This document shows, in pieces, positions 11,617 through 22,859 of a DNA stretch of 64,000 bases. The position numbers were made by a program, and so were the translations under genes. The stretch comes from Sminthopsis crassicaudata (lineage: Eukaryota): contig NC_133618.1 in the NCBI RefSeq assembly GCF_048593235.1, positions 453,386,947-453,450,946 on the forward strand, given 5' to 3'. Position 1 is the stretch's first letter. Every line of letters begins with the position of its first letter. The notes beneath the pieces are model-generated. The model worked only from the letters and a program-made list of their open reading frames with translations, did no database searches and had not been told where the DNA came from.

Positions 11617-12879
11617 TTTTTCCTAAGGCCTCACCTGGTTCTAACTCAGCTTGTTTCTTTTATGTGCAGAAATGCATTCTATTCATTCTCACCTCTTTGG
11701 CATGAATCATGGCATTCCCCATGCACTTTTCGCTCTTTCTACCAGTTCTGTAAATTGAAATTGAGATTTTAAGGCTCAACTCATAATCTCATATAATGTC
11801 AGAGCTGGAAGAAACTTTATATGAAGCAGACTGGAAAATGGGAGTCTGAGGACTTGAGTTCATATTCTCTGATTCTTACTGTCTTTGCAGCCATGGGCAA
11901 GTAACTTAAACTACCTGGGGCTCAGTTTCGTCCTCTGAAAAATGAGGGTAATGGATTACATGGTCTCTGATGTCCCTTCTTGCCTTAGAGCTTTGATCTA
12001 AGAGTCCAGTCCTCTTAAAAGAAAGAAAGTGATTTGCCCAATGTCACAAAGGAGCAGACTCAGGTCTTTGTTGCACTTAAGCCAGAGATCAATGGATTAC
12101 ATTAAACAATCTTTTACAAGAAAGAGTTCCTTAGTAGCAGATCCATGAGGAAAGAATCATTCCTCCTCATGTGCCTTCCCCCAGCAGTGAGCTGGTAACT
12201 CAGAATTGATTGGTCACAAATAGGAAGCATTCTCTCATCCATGATCAGAATTCCCTTTGTCCTTCAGAAGATAAGTTTTCAAACTCCACACTGATGATAG
12301 AGTGGTAAGGAGTTAGGAGGGGAGATCATTCTTAACTAGGCTGCTGAGGACTCTGAGAGAATGGAACAACTTTTCCTCTGAGATGGCCAGACAAATTCCC
12401 ACAAAGTCCACCTGGCCACTAAGTACATTGTCTAAAGATTCAGACTTCTGTGACAGAAGTAGTAGAAACATCACTAGATCAAGGCAGAAGACTGGGGATC
12501 CAGTTCCAATTGTGTCACTAACTCATTGTGACCTTATTTCCACATCTCTCCTACTCATCCCCTTCCCTTCATTCACACAACCATTACGTTAGTCCAGACC
12601 TTCAGCACCTTTCACCTAGATTATCCCAATGGCCTCTGAAGTTTCCTAATTTCTAAAATGAGCTGGTCGAACCAGGTGGTTTTCAGAAGACTTTTGTAGC
12701 TCTGAAGCTCAATTAAATGACTATTTTGTATATGCTATGTGAATACAGACACAGATAAATACATTCTCTTCTTCAAAGAGTTTATTTTCTTTTGCCTGTG
12801 TTCTAAGGTCTACAATAGTGGTGACATTGTATGTTTTATGTGACCGTGTTCCTTCCAGCTCTGATAGTCTATGCTCCAT

Positions 12880-13070
12880 GATTTAAGCTTGTGTCGTATT
12901 GTGGAAACAGTTCTGGACTTGGGAGTCAGACACCTGGTTGTGACCTGGTTTGGCCACATCTTAACTGTTTGGTCATAGGCAACTATCTGAAACTCAGTGT
13001 CCTCATTTATAAAATAGTGATTAATAAGGATCATACTCCCAATCCCCCATGGTTATTATGAGGAGACCAC
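12880..13070 (+). mobile_element. MIR SINE
   Basis: gtggaaacagttctggacttgggagtcag...aactcagtgtcctcatttataaaatagtg...ggttattatgagg. Confidence 0.7.
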
Positions 13071-13179
13071 TGTGTAAATCTCATCTTTCTGTAGAAATGA
13101 GAGTTCTTGAGTTCTCCTCTCAATCCAGCATTCTTTGTTTTAGGTTCTAAAATTTTTTCTCACTTCTAACAGTTTATGT

Positions 13180-13515
13180 TCTGTGTTCTCAGATCCCTTC
13201 CAGCCCTAACATTTAGGGTTTATAATATTTCTTCCAGCTCTGAGATTCTATGATCTAAGGTCTCTTCCAGCTCTGACATTTCATGTTGTAAGGTCCATGA
13301 CAGTTCTGACATTTCATGTTCTAAGGTCCCTTCCAGCTCTAACATTTAGGATTGATGATATTTCTTCCAGCTCTGACATTTCATGTGGTAAGGTCCATTG
13401 CAGTTCTAACATTTCATATTCTAAGGTCCCTTCCAGCTCTTGACATTCTGTGTTCTAAGGTTCTTCCCAGCTCTGATATGCTATGTTCTAAGTTCCCTTC
13501 CTTCCAGATCTGATA
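13180..13515. repeat. 33-bp minisatellite, about 10 units, consensus ctaaggtcccttccagctctgacattycatgtt
   Basis: Directly visible tandem units; the same unit occurs in shorter arrays at about 58075-58175 and, reverse-complemented, at about 465-560, 35985-36070 and 63290-63480. Confidence 0.9.
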
Positions 13516-13517
13516 TA

Positions 13518-13697
13518 CTATAATTACATGATCCAAATCTCTTTTCTACCACTCCCAAGCTCTCAATTTCTCCATTGCCCTGGAATCCCACATAATAGAC
13601 CTGGTCCACTTTCCTTGAATTATTGTCTTTGAGAAAGTGGATAAAATATAATGAACATAAAACTTCTCTTTTTTCCAACCACTGACCTTTGGTTGAG
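13518..13697 (-). repeat. Inverted duplication, left arm (partner 15562-15768)
   Basis: Reverse complement aligns to 15562-15768; ORF-track peptides 13481..13678(-) and 15559..15762(+) are near-identical (EKREVL.SL.FIHFLKDN.SRKVDQ.YY.G.QGNGEIESLG). Confidence 0.92.
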
Positions 13698-14309
13698 AAT
13701 GGCCCCGTCCCCTGTACTCCCCCTCTCTCGACTTAATGTGACTTAATGAGGGGCTGGGTTCATGCTCTGCCCCCTCACTAGCCACCGAGACATACATACC
13801 TACCTCTGAGGGAAGCAGGGCTAATGATAGGGTCCTGGTTGGGGAGGGGAGGAACTCCTCGCAATATTCTCTGGCCTCTTTGAGCCTCTATTACAAGACC
13901 ACACAGTAAACTCTCACTGGCACTGAAGGGAGCCCTTGATTTACATTTTCCACTGAGGAAGGCATGTGGTGGGAGGCAGGGTGGGCCAGGGAGGTAGGGT
14001 GCACTGGCCCAACTATGGTCATTCATTCAATTAAACATTGAACCAGTATTCCCTATGCCCTTTGCTAGAGTACAATATCTTTGTCTCTGTCCCCGTCTGC
14101 CAGTCTGCCTGTCTCTTCTCACTTCAATCTGGCCTGCCCAAGCAGCCCCATGAACATTCCTAATCCAGTAGGTATTCTATCATGTCTCTCTATTACTCAA
14201 ACACCTTTTAGTGATCCTCCCTGACCAATACCCATTCTTCGGTTTGGCAATCACAGGCTCATAGGAAGCAGCAGCACATACTGTGTAAGTCCATATTTTA
14301 TACACTGTG

Positions 14310-15430
14310 CTAAGAAATAATTTTTTAAAAATATGAAATAAAGGCTTTGTCCCTGCCTTCCAGGAAATCACAGTCTTTTTGGAAGGATAAGACATGTACA
14401 CAAATAATTCTAATAAGATCAAGAATATGAAGAGTGCACATCAGAGATATGAATAAGGTATCTACCTATACAATTTATCATTAGAGGAAATCAAGGGAGG
14501 CCTCCTGGAGGAGGTAGTCGGATCCTGGAAAATATATAAGATTTCTTTCAACAAGTAGAGATGGGGAGTGAGGTAGACTGAAGAGGAATTTCAGCATTGG
14601 AAGCAGATTGAGCAAAGATGTAGAGAAAGGACGTTTGGAACATGGTGAGTCATCTAGTTGGCCTGAAATATAGAGCATGTGAAGGAAATGACTGAATAAA
14701 TGAGTGAATGGCATTTATTAAGTATTTACTATGTGCTAATCCCTGGGAATACAAATACAAAAGCAAAGCAGTCCCTACTCTCAAAAAGCTTACATTTTGA
14801 TGGGAGAGAGAAGACACGTAGGAGGGGAATGAAGACTAAAGAAAGGAGTTGGGGTCTGGGAAAATCACAGGTCTGGGAGTTAAGCCATAGCTCTGCTGGG
14901 TGACATGGTCTTTCTGTCAGCTATGTTAGTATTGACTTGATTATAGTTCCCAGATCAAGAAAGGGAAAGCAGGTGGAGGTAAACTATGTATGCAAAGGGC
15001 AAATAGCAAGAAGATGGTTGGTATAGATAGTTGGGGTAAACAATTGGATGGAATATAAAGGGAGATAGTAGAAGGTGGCTGGCTAGGTAGAATGGTACCA
15101 GACTTTCAAGGAGACCTTGAATGCCAGACTGAGGTCTACTATCATTATTTGGTAGGTGGATTGGGAGCCTTTGAAAATTATTAAACAAAGGAGAAATGTT
15201 ATCAGATCTGCCTTAGGAGGATTAGTCTGGCAGCCTTTGCAAGATAGGAGTTGGGAAAGCTGGGAGAGAGCTATTCCAAGTAGTTCTGGTGAAAGTTGAT
15301 GAGGATCTGACTCCAGACAATGATCTCAGAGATGGAAATAAGATGGATGGAAAAATATTTCATGGGTTGAATTGAAAAAGGATTAAAATATTGAATTTGA
15401 AGGATAAAGGAAGCATTAAAAATGCCTATA
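14310..15430 (-). mobile_element. L2 LINE fragments (several)
   Basis: Antisense L2 tails (ggcatttattaagtatttactatgtgc...gcagtccctactctcaa; aaggctttgtccctgcc) and purine-rich body segments. Confidence 0.6.
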
Positions 15431-15561
15431 AAATAAAGTGAGAGAAATTTGGAGAAGAAATGTATGCAATAACAACATTGCAAAAAGGAACTATGAAAGA
15501 CTTAAGAATTCTGATCAATGCAATGACATACATGATACCAGGGGACCCATAATGTTGCATG

Positions 15562-15768
15562 CTCACCAAAGGTCAGTGGTTGGAAAAAAGAGAAGTTTTA
15601 TATTCATTATGTTTTATCCACTTTCTCAAAGATAATTCAAGGAAAGTGGACCAATTCTATTACCTTGGATCCCAGGGCAATGGGGAAATTGAGAGTTTGG
15701 GAGAGAATGTGCCTATTGTTCTTTTCTTGGGAAGTGGTAGAAAAGAGATTTGGATCTTGTAATTATAG
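15562..15768 (+). repeat. Inverted duplication, right arm
   Basis: About 90% identical by eye to the reverse complement of 13518-13697, with an extra ~30 nt between two ttggga copies; weaker similarity continues through minisatellite-like units to about 15850. Confidence 0.92.
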
Positions 15769-16059
15769 GGTACCATATCCGAAAGGGAGCTTAGAACATA
15801 GATTGCAAAAGCTGGAAGGAACTTTACAGAATGCCAGAACTGGGAAGCGTCCTGAGAAAGAAGTCATTATGCATTCAACATGGAGAATGAGACATGCATT
15901 TTCAGATGTGATCACTGTGCGAGTTTGTTTTGCTTGATTATACATATTTGTTAAAAGGGCTTTCTTTTTCTTTTTCAAGTTTTAATTTTCTTTTTCATTC
16001 TCTTTCCCACGTCAGGGGAGGTGGGAAGGAGAGAAAATAAATGCTTGTTAATTTTTTTT

Positions 16060-16290
16060 GAAAAAGAAGCTAGGTGGCCCACTGGATAGAACACTAGAAC
16101 ACTTCCTGTGTTCAAATCCCAGCTTCTAACACTATTTGTGTAACCCTTGCTAAGTCAGTTAATCCTGATTGCCTCAGTTTCCTCATCTATAAAATGGGAT
16201 GGGAAGGAAATGACAAACCACTCCTGTATTTCTGTCAAAAAAAATGAGATCACAGAGTTGAACGTAACTGAACAATAAATTATTAAAAAT
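16060..16290 (+). mobile_element. MAR1-type SINE
   Basis: agctaggtggcccactggataga...gttcaaatccc...cagtttcctcatctataaaatg...ggaaatgacaaaccactcc...cacagagttgaacgtaactgaac. Confidence 0.8.
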
Positions 16291-16330
16291 TAATTTATAA
16301 TAATCAAAGTTTTTAGCCCAAGCTACCAAA

Positions 16331-16361
<31 letters not shown>

Positions 16362-16465
16362 CAATGACCAACATGGGCAAGTCAGGAAAATGACTAGATT
16401 TGGGAGGGAAGAAGATAGAATCATAATGTTTAGATCAGCAAAGGCAGTCTTAGATATCATTTGCC

Positions 16466-16665
16466 AATGGTGTCCAACTTAAATAGAAACAGGACCACTA
16501 ATACATATATAAGGATTTCCAAGGGCCACATGCTGACTTAATTTTAAAATGTGATATTATCTATGTTTTGTTGGATTTTTATTTATTTTGTTAACTATTT
16601 CCCAATTATATTTTAATGTGATTCAGGCTGCATTTAGTAGGGTGTGGGCTGCATGCAGCCTAATC
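16466..16665. mobile_element. hAT/Charlie-type non-autonomous element fragment
   Basis: aatggtgtccaacttaaatagaaac start; its AT-rich core (16553-16615) matches the reverse complement of 24478-24550, showing it is a dispersed repeat. Confidence 0.55.
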
Positions 16666-17694
16666 TAATTCATCTCTAATTTTGCAGATAAAGAAACTGA
16701 GTCTTTAGGAAGTTAAATGGCCTGCCCAATATTGGAAGACTCAGAAATATCAGACCTGAAATCCAAACGCAGTTTCTTTGACTACAAACACCATGAAAAT
16801 AATGGAGGAAGTATTCCTTAAGTTGGATCCTGGAGGATCGAGAAAATTGAAAGAAATAGAAAGAGATGCAGAAGTGGGAAAGTATAAAGTGTTAGGACTT
16901 CAGTGAGAAATTGAGGCTGTTCTGGAAGTGGGATGTGATTACTGGAGGGCAGAGAAAGAGAATGGCATGGAGACAGGCCGAGATGGGAGTATGGAGGGTC
17001 CTGAATGCCAGGCATTGGGATTTAGAAAAAAGAGACCCTTGGACATTTTCTAGTTTAATCCCCTCATTTTATAATTGAAAAACTAAGCCCAGAGAATAGC
17101 TTGTGTTTGGCCCAAGATCACATTGGTAGTAAGAAGCAGAATCGGCATTTGAACCTAGATCCTCTGGATTTGGAAACTGAGGCCCAGTAAGGTGAAGTGA
17201 ATCATGTGGGTTTGACTCCAAATCCAGTGCTCTTTTCACTATGTCATAGGCTGACTCTTAAGAGGTCAGAAAGGAGAGCTGCAGAATGAACTCACCACAG
17301 CCTATTCCCGGAGGCAAGGTATTTAGCTCCAGATTCACCCAGACTCAGGCTGAGACCACCAGGACCACAGACAAGTAAACACAGGACCGCCAGTTAAGTA
17401 CAAACCCACACTTATCATGCCCACCCCAGGAATTTAGCATCGGGTGCGGACACAGAGACCAGCTAGGATGGCCAGCTCAGATGGGGAGAACAGGCAGGTC
17501 CCTGAAGTTCAAGGCCCCGGGAAGAGATTTTTTAGTCCTTTACTGGAGAATTTTGTTGAGCAATGGAGTCCTGGATCCCAGTCCTGGCTCTACACTAATT
17601 TTTTGTGACCTTGAACAAGTAATTCCTTCTCTGAGCCTCAGTTTTCCAAAATGTAAAAATCAAAGGTTTAATTTTTTATTTCCTATTTCTTTCT

Positions 17695-17845
17695 TTTTTG
17701 TTTGTTTGTTTATTTTTTTGAGGCAAATCAAATCCTTAAGTGACTTGCCCAAAGTTGCAGTTAGTAAGTGTCTGAGACTGGATTTGAACTCAGATCCTCC
17801 CAACTCCAGAGCCTGAACTCTATCCACTGTGCCACCTAGCTGACT
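17695..17845 (-). mobile_element. WSINE1-like SINE
   Basis: Poly-T tail, then gaggcaa...taagtgacttgcccaaag...ggatttgaactcag...ctatccactgtgccacctagctg. Confidence 0.8.
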
Positions 17846-18044
17846 CTCTCCCATCTATTTTTGATGGTCTATGATTCTAGCCTAAATCCAATCACAATCT
17901 GTCTTTTTCCAAATCTATAAAACAAATGTAATTTGGGGAACATTACACTCTGCCATTCGCTTGTAACCTGTGCTACTCTGGACAAATCTCTTCACAAATC
18001 TAACTAGGTTTCATTTTTCTCACCTGCAAAATGAGAAGATTAGT

Positions 18045-18690
18045 AACCAAAGGGCCATCAAACTTGTATACCCTTTGGCCCAGCAGTGTTTGTATTGGGC
18101 TTATATGGCAAAGAGATCTTAAAGGAGGGAAAGGGACCCACATGTGCAAAATGTTTGTGGCAGCCCTCTCTGTAGTGGCCAGAAACTGGAAACTACATGG
18201 ATGTCCATCAGTTGGAGAATGGCTGAATAAATTATGGTATATGAATGTTATAGAATATTATTGTCCCATAAGAAACAAAAAGCAGGGTGATTTCAGTTCT
18301 AATGGATATGGGTCTTTTCAATCATGAGTTGATTCAGGCCAGTTCCAATGGCTTGTGATGAAGAGAGTCATCTGCAACCAGAGAGAGTTCTGTGGGAACT
18401 GAGTGTGGATCACAACACCTTTTTTTTTTTCACTTTGCTTGCTTTTTGTTTTCTTTCTCACTTCCTTTTGATATGATTTTTCTTATAAGCATGGTAATTG
18501 GGGAAATGTGTATAGAAGAATTGTACATGTTTAAACATGTAACATGTTTAACTTGCCATCTAGGGGAGGGGGTGAGGGGAAGGGAGGGAAAAATTGCAAC
18601 ACAAGGTTTTGCAAGGGGAAATGTAGAAAATTATCGATGCATCATATTTTGAAAATAAAAAGCTTTAATAAACAAATTTTTTTAAATGAA
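18045..18690 (+). mobile_element. L1 3' end (ORF2 C-terminus relic plus 3' UTR, A-rich tail)
   Basis: ORF 18031..18327 contains KGPTCAKMFVAAL-like MCKMFVAALSVVARNWKLHGCPSVGEWLNKLWYMNV; ends aaaataaaaagctttaataaacaaa. Confidence 0.9.
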
Positions 18691-20079
18691 GGGGTTGAAT
18701 TATGTGACATCTAAACTTCTTTCCATCCCCAAGCCTGTGAACTCTAACTAGATGAATCGCTTTCTATTCTTAGATGGCTTGATCTCTTTGATCTCAGTTT
18801 CCCCATTTATAAAATGAAATGAGGGTGAAAGAGAATAAATATTTATAAGGTATCTATTATATTCCAGATGCTATATAACTATTATCTAATTTAATCTTCA
18901 CAAACAACCCTGGAAGATAAGATAGCTGCTATTAACACCCTTATTTTACAGATAAGGAAATTGAGACAAAGATTTAAACTTGTAAGTAAATGTCTGAAGC
19001 TGGATATCAAATCAGGTTTTCCTGACTCCAGGCCCCCTGCCATCTTGCTTCTTTAAACATGCAATGGACTGGACAGTTTTTAAAACCCCTTCCAGTTCTG
19101 ATATTATATATGTGACAGTACAGAACCTAATGAGGAGGGCCCAGAACTTAGTATCAGGTGATCTGTATCTGAGGACCAGCTCCCCGGCTGCGTACCCATG
19201 GACCAGCTGCTTTAACCTCTCTTTTGGGGCTTTTGTGAGGATAGTATTTTTCAAACTGCAAAGTGACATAGAAAATGTCAGCTGTTTGGATTAGGCTTAA
19301 CCTTCTATGTTAGATATTCCTCAGAAAATGCTCAAAAATTTCACCTTAAATATACTGTTTTGGAGGACTTCTTTGACTGGCTTCTAAGTGGTACCTTTGT
19401 TTAAAAGAGACACACTCTTCTGGGCAGAAGAACTGAGGATGTAGATGCAAGAGAGGACATATTGGGAGAAACTGACCCCCCATATACTGGGGAATTCCAT
19501 ATCCAATGCCGGGTCGTTCTTGTCCTCTCTGCTAAAAGGCTATATTTCTTCTTGGCTATTTCAACAAATATCTTTTATATGCCTACTACATTCAAGGCTC
19601 AGCCCTAAGGAGTCAAAGATTTTTAAAAAGCTATTTCTGCTTTGAGGCACTTACAGTTTAAAGGAGGGAAAATAACAGGCACAAAACCCACAACAACTCA
19701 CAACTATAACATAAAAAAGGTTATGATGGACACAGAGGGAAAACCAGACAAATGACTCTAGGAAAACCAGAGGAAGGAGAGGTCTCTTGCAGCAGGAATC
19801 GCAGGCAAGGTTCGCAAAAGAGGTGGCGGCTGGATCTCAAAGGAAAAAGGAGAGGGGGTAGAGATAAGAGTATTAGAAGTCTGTGCAAATGCATGGAGGT
19901 GAGAAACTGGTGAGAAAAGATCAGGGAAAAGTGAACAGTCCAGTTTGGCTGGAATGGGGCACTTCAGACAAGTCACAGCTTCCCTGGACCTCTGAAAAAC
20001 GGATAGTGGAACTCAATAGCCTCAGAGCACTCTCCCTTTCCCTCTCCTTCTTCCTCGCCTTTTCTCTCTCTCCCTGCTA

Positions 20080-20374
20080 NNNNNNNNNNNNNNNNNNNNN
20101 NNNNNNNNNNNNNNNNNNNNNNNNNNNNNNNNNNNNNNNNNNNNNNNNNNNNNNNNNNNNNNNNNNNNNNNNNNNNNNNNNNNNNNNNNNNNNNNNNNNN
20201 NNNNNNNNNNNNNNNNNNNNNNNNNNNNNNNNNNNNNNNNNNNNNNNNNNNNNNNNNNNNNNNNNNNNNNNNNNNNNNNNNNNNNNNNNNNNNNNNNNNN
20301 NNNNNNNNNNNNNNNNNNNNNNNNNNNNNNNNNNNNNNNNNNNNNNNNNNNNNNNNNNNNNNNNNNNNNNNNNN
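20080..20374. other. Assembly gap (N run) flanked by CT/TA/CA microsatellite
   Basis: N bases; right flank 20375-20600 is compound (TC)n/(TA)n/(CA)n. Confidence 1.
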
Positions 20375-20446
20375 TCTATATATCTATATGTATGTCTCTG
20401 TATATCTCTCTCTCCATATCTCTCTATATCTATATGTATCTATATC

Positions 20447-20489
<43 letters not shown>

Positions 20490-20600
20490 CTTCCCATCTC
20501 TCCTCTCTGTCTCTCTATCTCTGTCTCTCTCTGTGTTTGTGTGCCTCTTTGTCTGTTTCTCTCTATGTCTCTCTCTGTGTCTCTTTTTCTCTCCCACTCT
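20375..20600. repeat. Compound microsatellite / low complexity
   Basis: tctatatatc repeats, (CA)n at about 20450-20482, then (CT)-rich. Confidence 0.95.
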
Positions 20601-22859
20601 AGGTAAGTTGGGGCCACATTATGGAGTACCTTCAAGACTAGCCCAAGAATTCTTTTAAAATTTTAAATCGGGTTCTTTGAGTCCAAGGGAGAACGGAGCC
20701 TTTTCTAATTCTTTACTTGTCTGTAGGTGACCATTTAGAGGGAAGGGATCTGGAAGAAAGTAACCAAGGGAAAGAGGTGACCTCAGTTTGGTTTGTGAGC
20801 AAATAACTGAAAGCATGTTCTGTTTTAAGGAGCAGAGCAATATTCAGGTAAGACATAGAACTCTCATGTCTCATTTGACCCTGTGTAGTATATAAACAGA
20901 GTCAAAATGCATAGGATTCAATGGATTTGTGTTCCTGGGTCAGCCTTACACCTATTAGTCATCTGACCATGAACAGAACTTAATCTCTCAGGGCCTCTAT
21001 TTCCTTATCTGGGAAATGAGGGAGTCAAGAACTGGAAAATCTCTAAGATCCCTTCCCTCTCAGAGGGCCTGTACACACTTTTATTGTTTGCCTCTCCAAG
21101 AAAGAAGTCCGCGTCATAAATTGGTTGCTTCCTTCCTCTGCCTGTGAGTCTAAATGCTTCATAGGCCTGCTTGGCTCTGCCAGGAGACCCTGCAGGGTGG
21201 AGGTGAGTGTGAGAACTGGGTGGATGCAGGGTGTCCTACATGCAAAGCAGCCGGCAATGGGTGCCATGCATAGCCACCCCGGGGGGTTGGCTGGCTTTCC
21301 CGCGTGGGCGAGGCACCCTCAGTCTTTCTCTCTACTTCCTTACTTGGGGCACTATTCATGTACTGCATAAATCTTCTCCTCCAGTCTTGCCCTGGATTTC
21401 TAGGCTGCAGCAGCATCCACCATGCAAAAGCCGTACTCAGTGCGTGATTCTGACATCTGTCTTACTTTCCCCTTTACTCACCACCCTCTCCTTCCAAATT
21501 CTTCCCCTTTTCGTTATTAGTATATATTAAAAAAATTAAGCCATTTTAATTATTTTCCATATTAGTAGACAGCCTGCTTCCATATGGTTGAGCTTGCCGA
21601 CTATTCCTCCTGCACCCCCCTCTGCTTTTCTAAAATAACAAAACCCAAACGAGTCCCAGTTGTTGAAAGGTTTTTTTCCCCCTTTAGTCGGGAGTCTTAA
21701 CTTCATGAGAGTGGAGTGGTTGTGCTGGGATCAGTCCTAGTCCTTAAGTAACTATAGGAGTGACATGTTTGAATTCTGCTTCTGACACCTATTACATGGC
21801 CCTCTCTGAGCCCCAGTTTTCTCCTTTGTAGAAGATAGATAAGTATTTTTCCTTATGAGAAAAACCCTTTATAAAACCTTAGATTATATGAAAGAGTATA
21901 ACAACTAAAAATTGTTAGTCCTTTGTTAAAAAGCAATATGGCATAGTGATAAAGAGAACCCAGAGTCAGGTCCCAACTTTGACACAAGCTGGCTGTGTGC
22001 CTTTTGGTGATGATGGTAATGGTGATGATGGAGATGAAGGTGAAGAGGACGACAATGCAGTGAGTTTTTTAAGATTTACAGAGTATTGTATATGTTAAAT
22101 CAGTGGGTTTTCACAAACAATTCTGTGAAGTGTTATTAGTATCTCAGTTTTATAGATGAGGAAACAAAGGTAAAAAGAGATTTAGTGACATGCAACTAGT
22201 AATCTCAGGCACAATTCAAACTCAAGTCTTTCTAACTCCACTCTCCACTGCACCACCTACCTATATAAGTCATAATAAGACAAAGGATCATGGATTTAGA
22301 ACTTGAGAGACCTTAATCATAATCAAGTTCAACTCTATTTTACATATAATTTACATCTATTTTACATATAAGTCATTTTACATATAAGGTAACTGAGTCA
22401 CGAGGCAGTGCTCTAGGCACATAAGACTATAAATTGTAGAGAAGGTTCCAACTTGCATTTAGGAGAAGGAATTTCCTCATCTGGGAATTCCCCTTAGCAA
22501 TAATATCACAAGTCTAGCACTTATCTCATTCCTTCATCATAGCTCTATCTTATCATGACTCAGAGAAGAACCTGGGTTCTCAAAGACTTGACTAGCAGAG
22601 CACAAACTCTTCCAGGTCCTCCCAAGCTGGAAAGATTTGAGAATGGCCTGGGAGCAGAGTTTCTATTGTTCCTAGACTAGCCCAGCTTAAGTCAGGGCAG
22701 CCTTATTAAAAGGAGGCTTCTCATTAGGAGGTTAAACTATCAGGTGACAAATTCTTCTGGCCATGGATACTCACAAGGATTGCCTATTAAGGCAAGTGTT
22801 GGTGGAGGAAAGACCCAGAGAAGGACTGGAATATGATGCTCTAAAAGGTAAAAAACTAA

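Noticed and set aside
13180-13515. 33-bp repeats as a CRISPR array
   Set aside because: Units are head-to-tail without unique spacers, the context is mammalian, and there are no cas-like ORFs.
13481-15762. Near-identical peptides from ORFs 13481..13678(-) and 15559..15762(+) as a duplicated gene or TIR transposon
   Set aside because: Similarity reflects the DNA-level inverted duplication; indels break the frame, and there is no transposase, defined TIR end or TSD.
22460-22500. Perfect NF-kB palindrome GGGAATTCCC (22483-22492)
   Set aside because: Lies in a short segment resembling a common marsupial repeat; single 10-mer kB hits (also GGGAAATTCC at 59567-59576) are not significant alone in 64 kb.
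22783-22792. Perfect CArG box CCTATTAAGG
   Set aside because: Isolated motif at the edge of an L1 relic; expected by chance.
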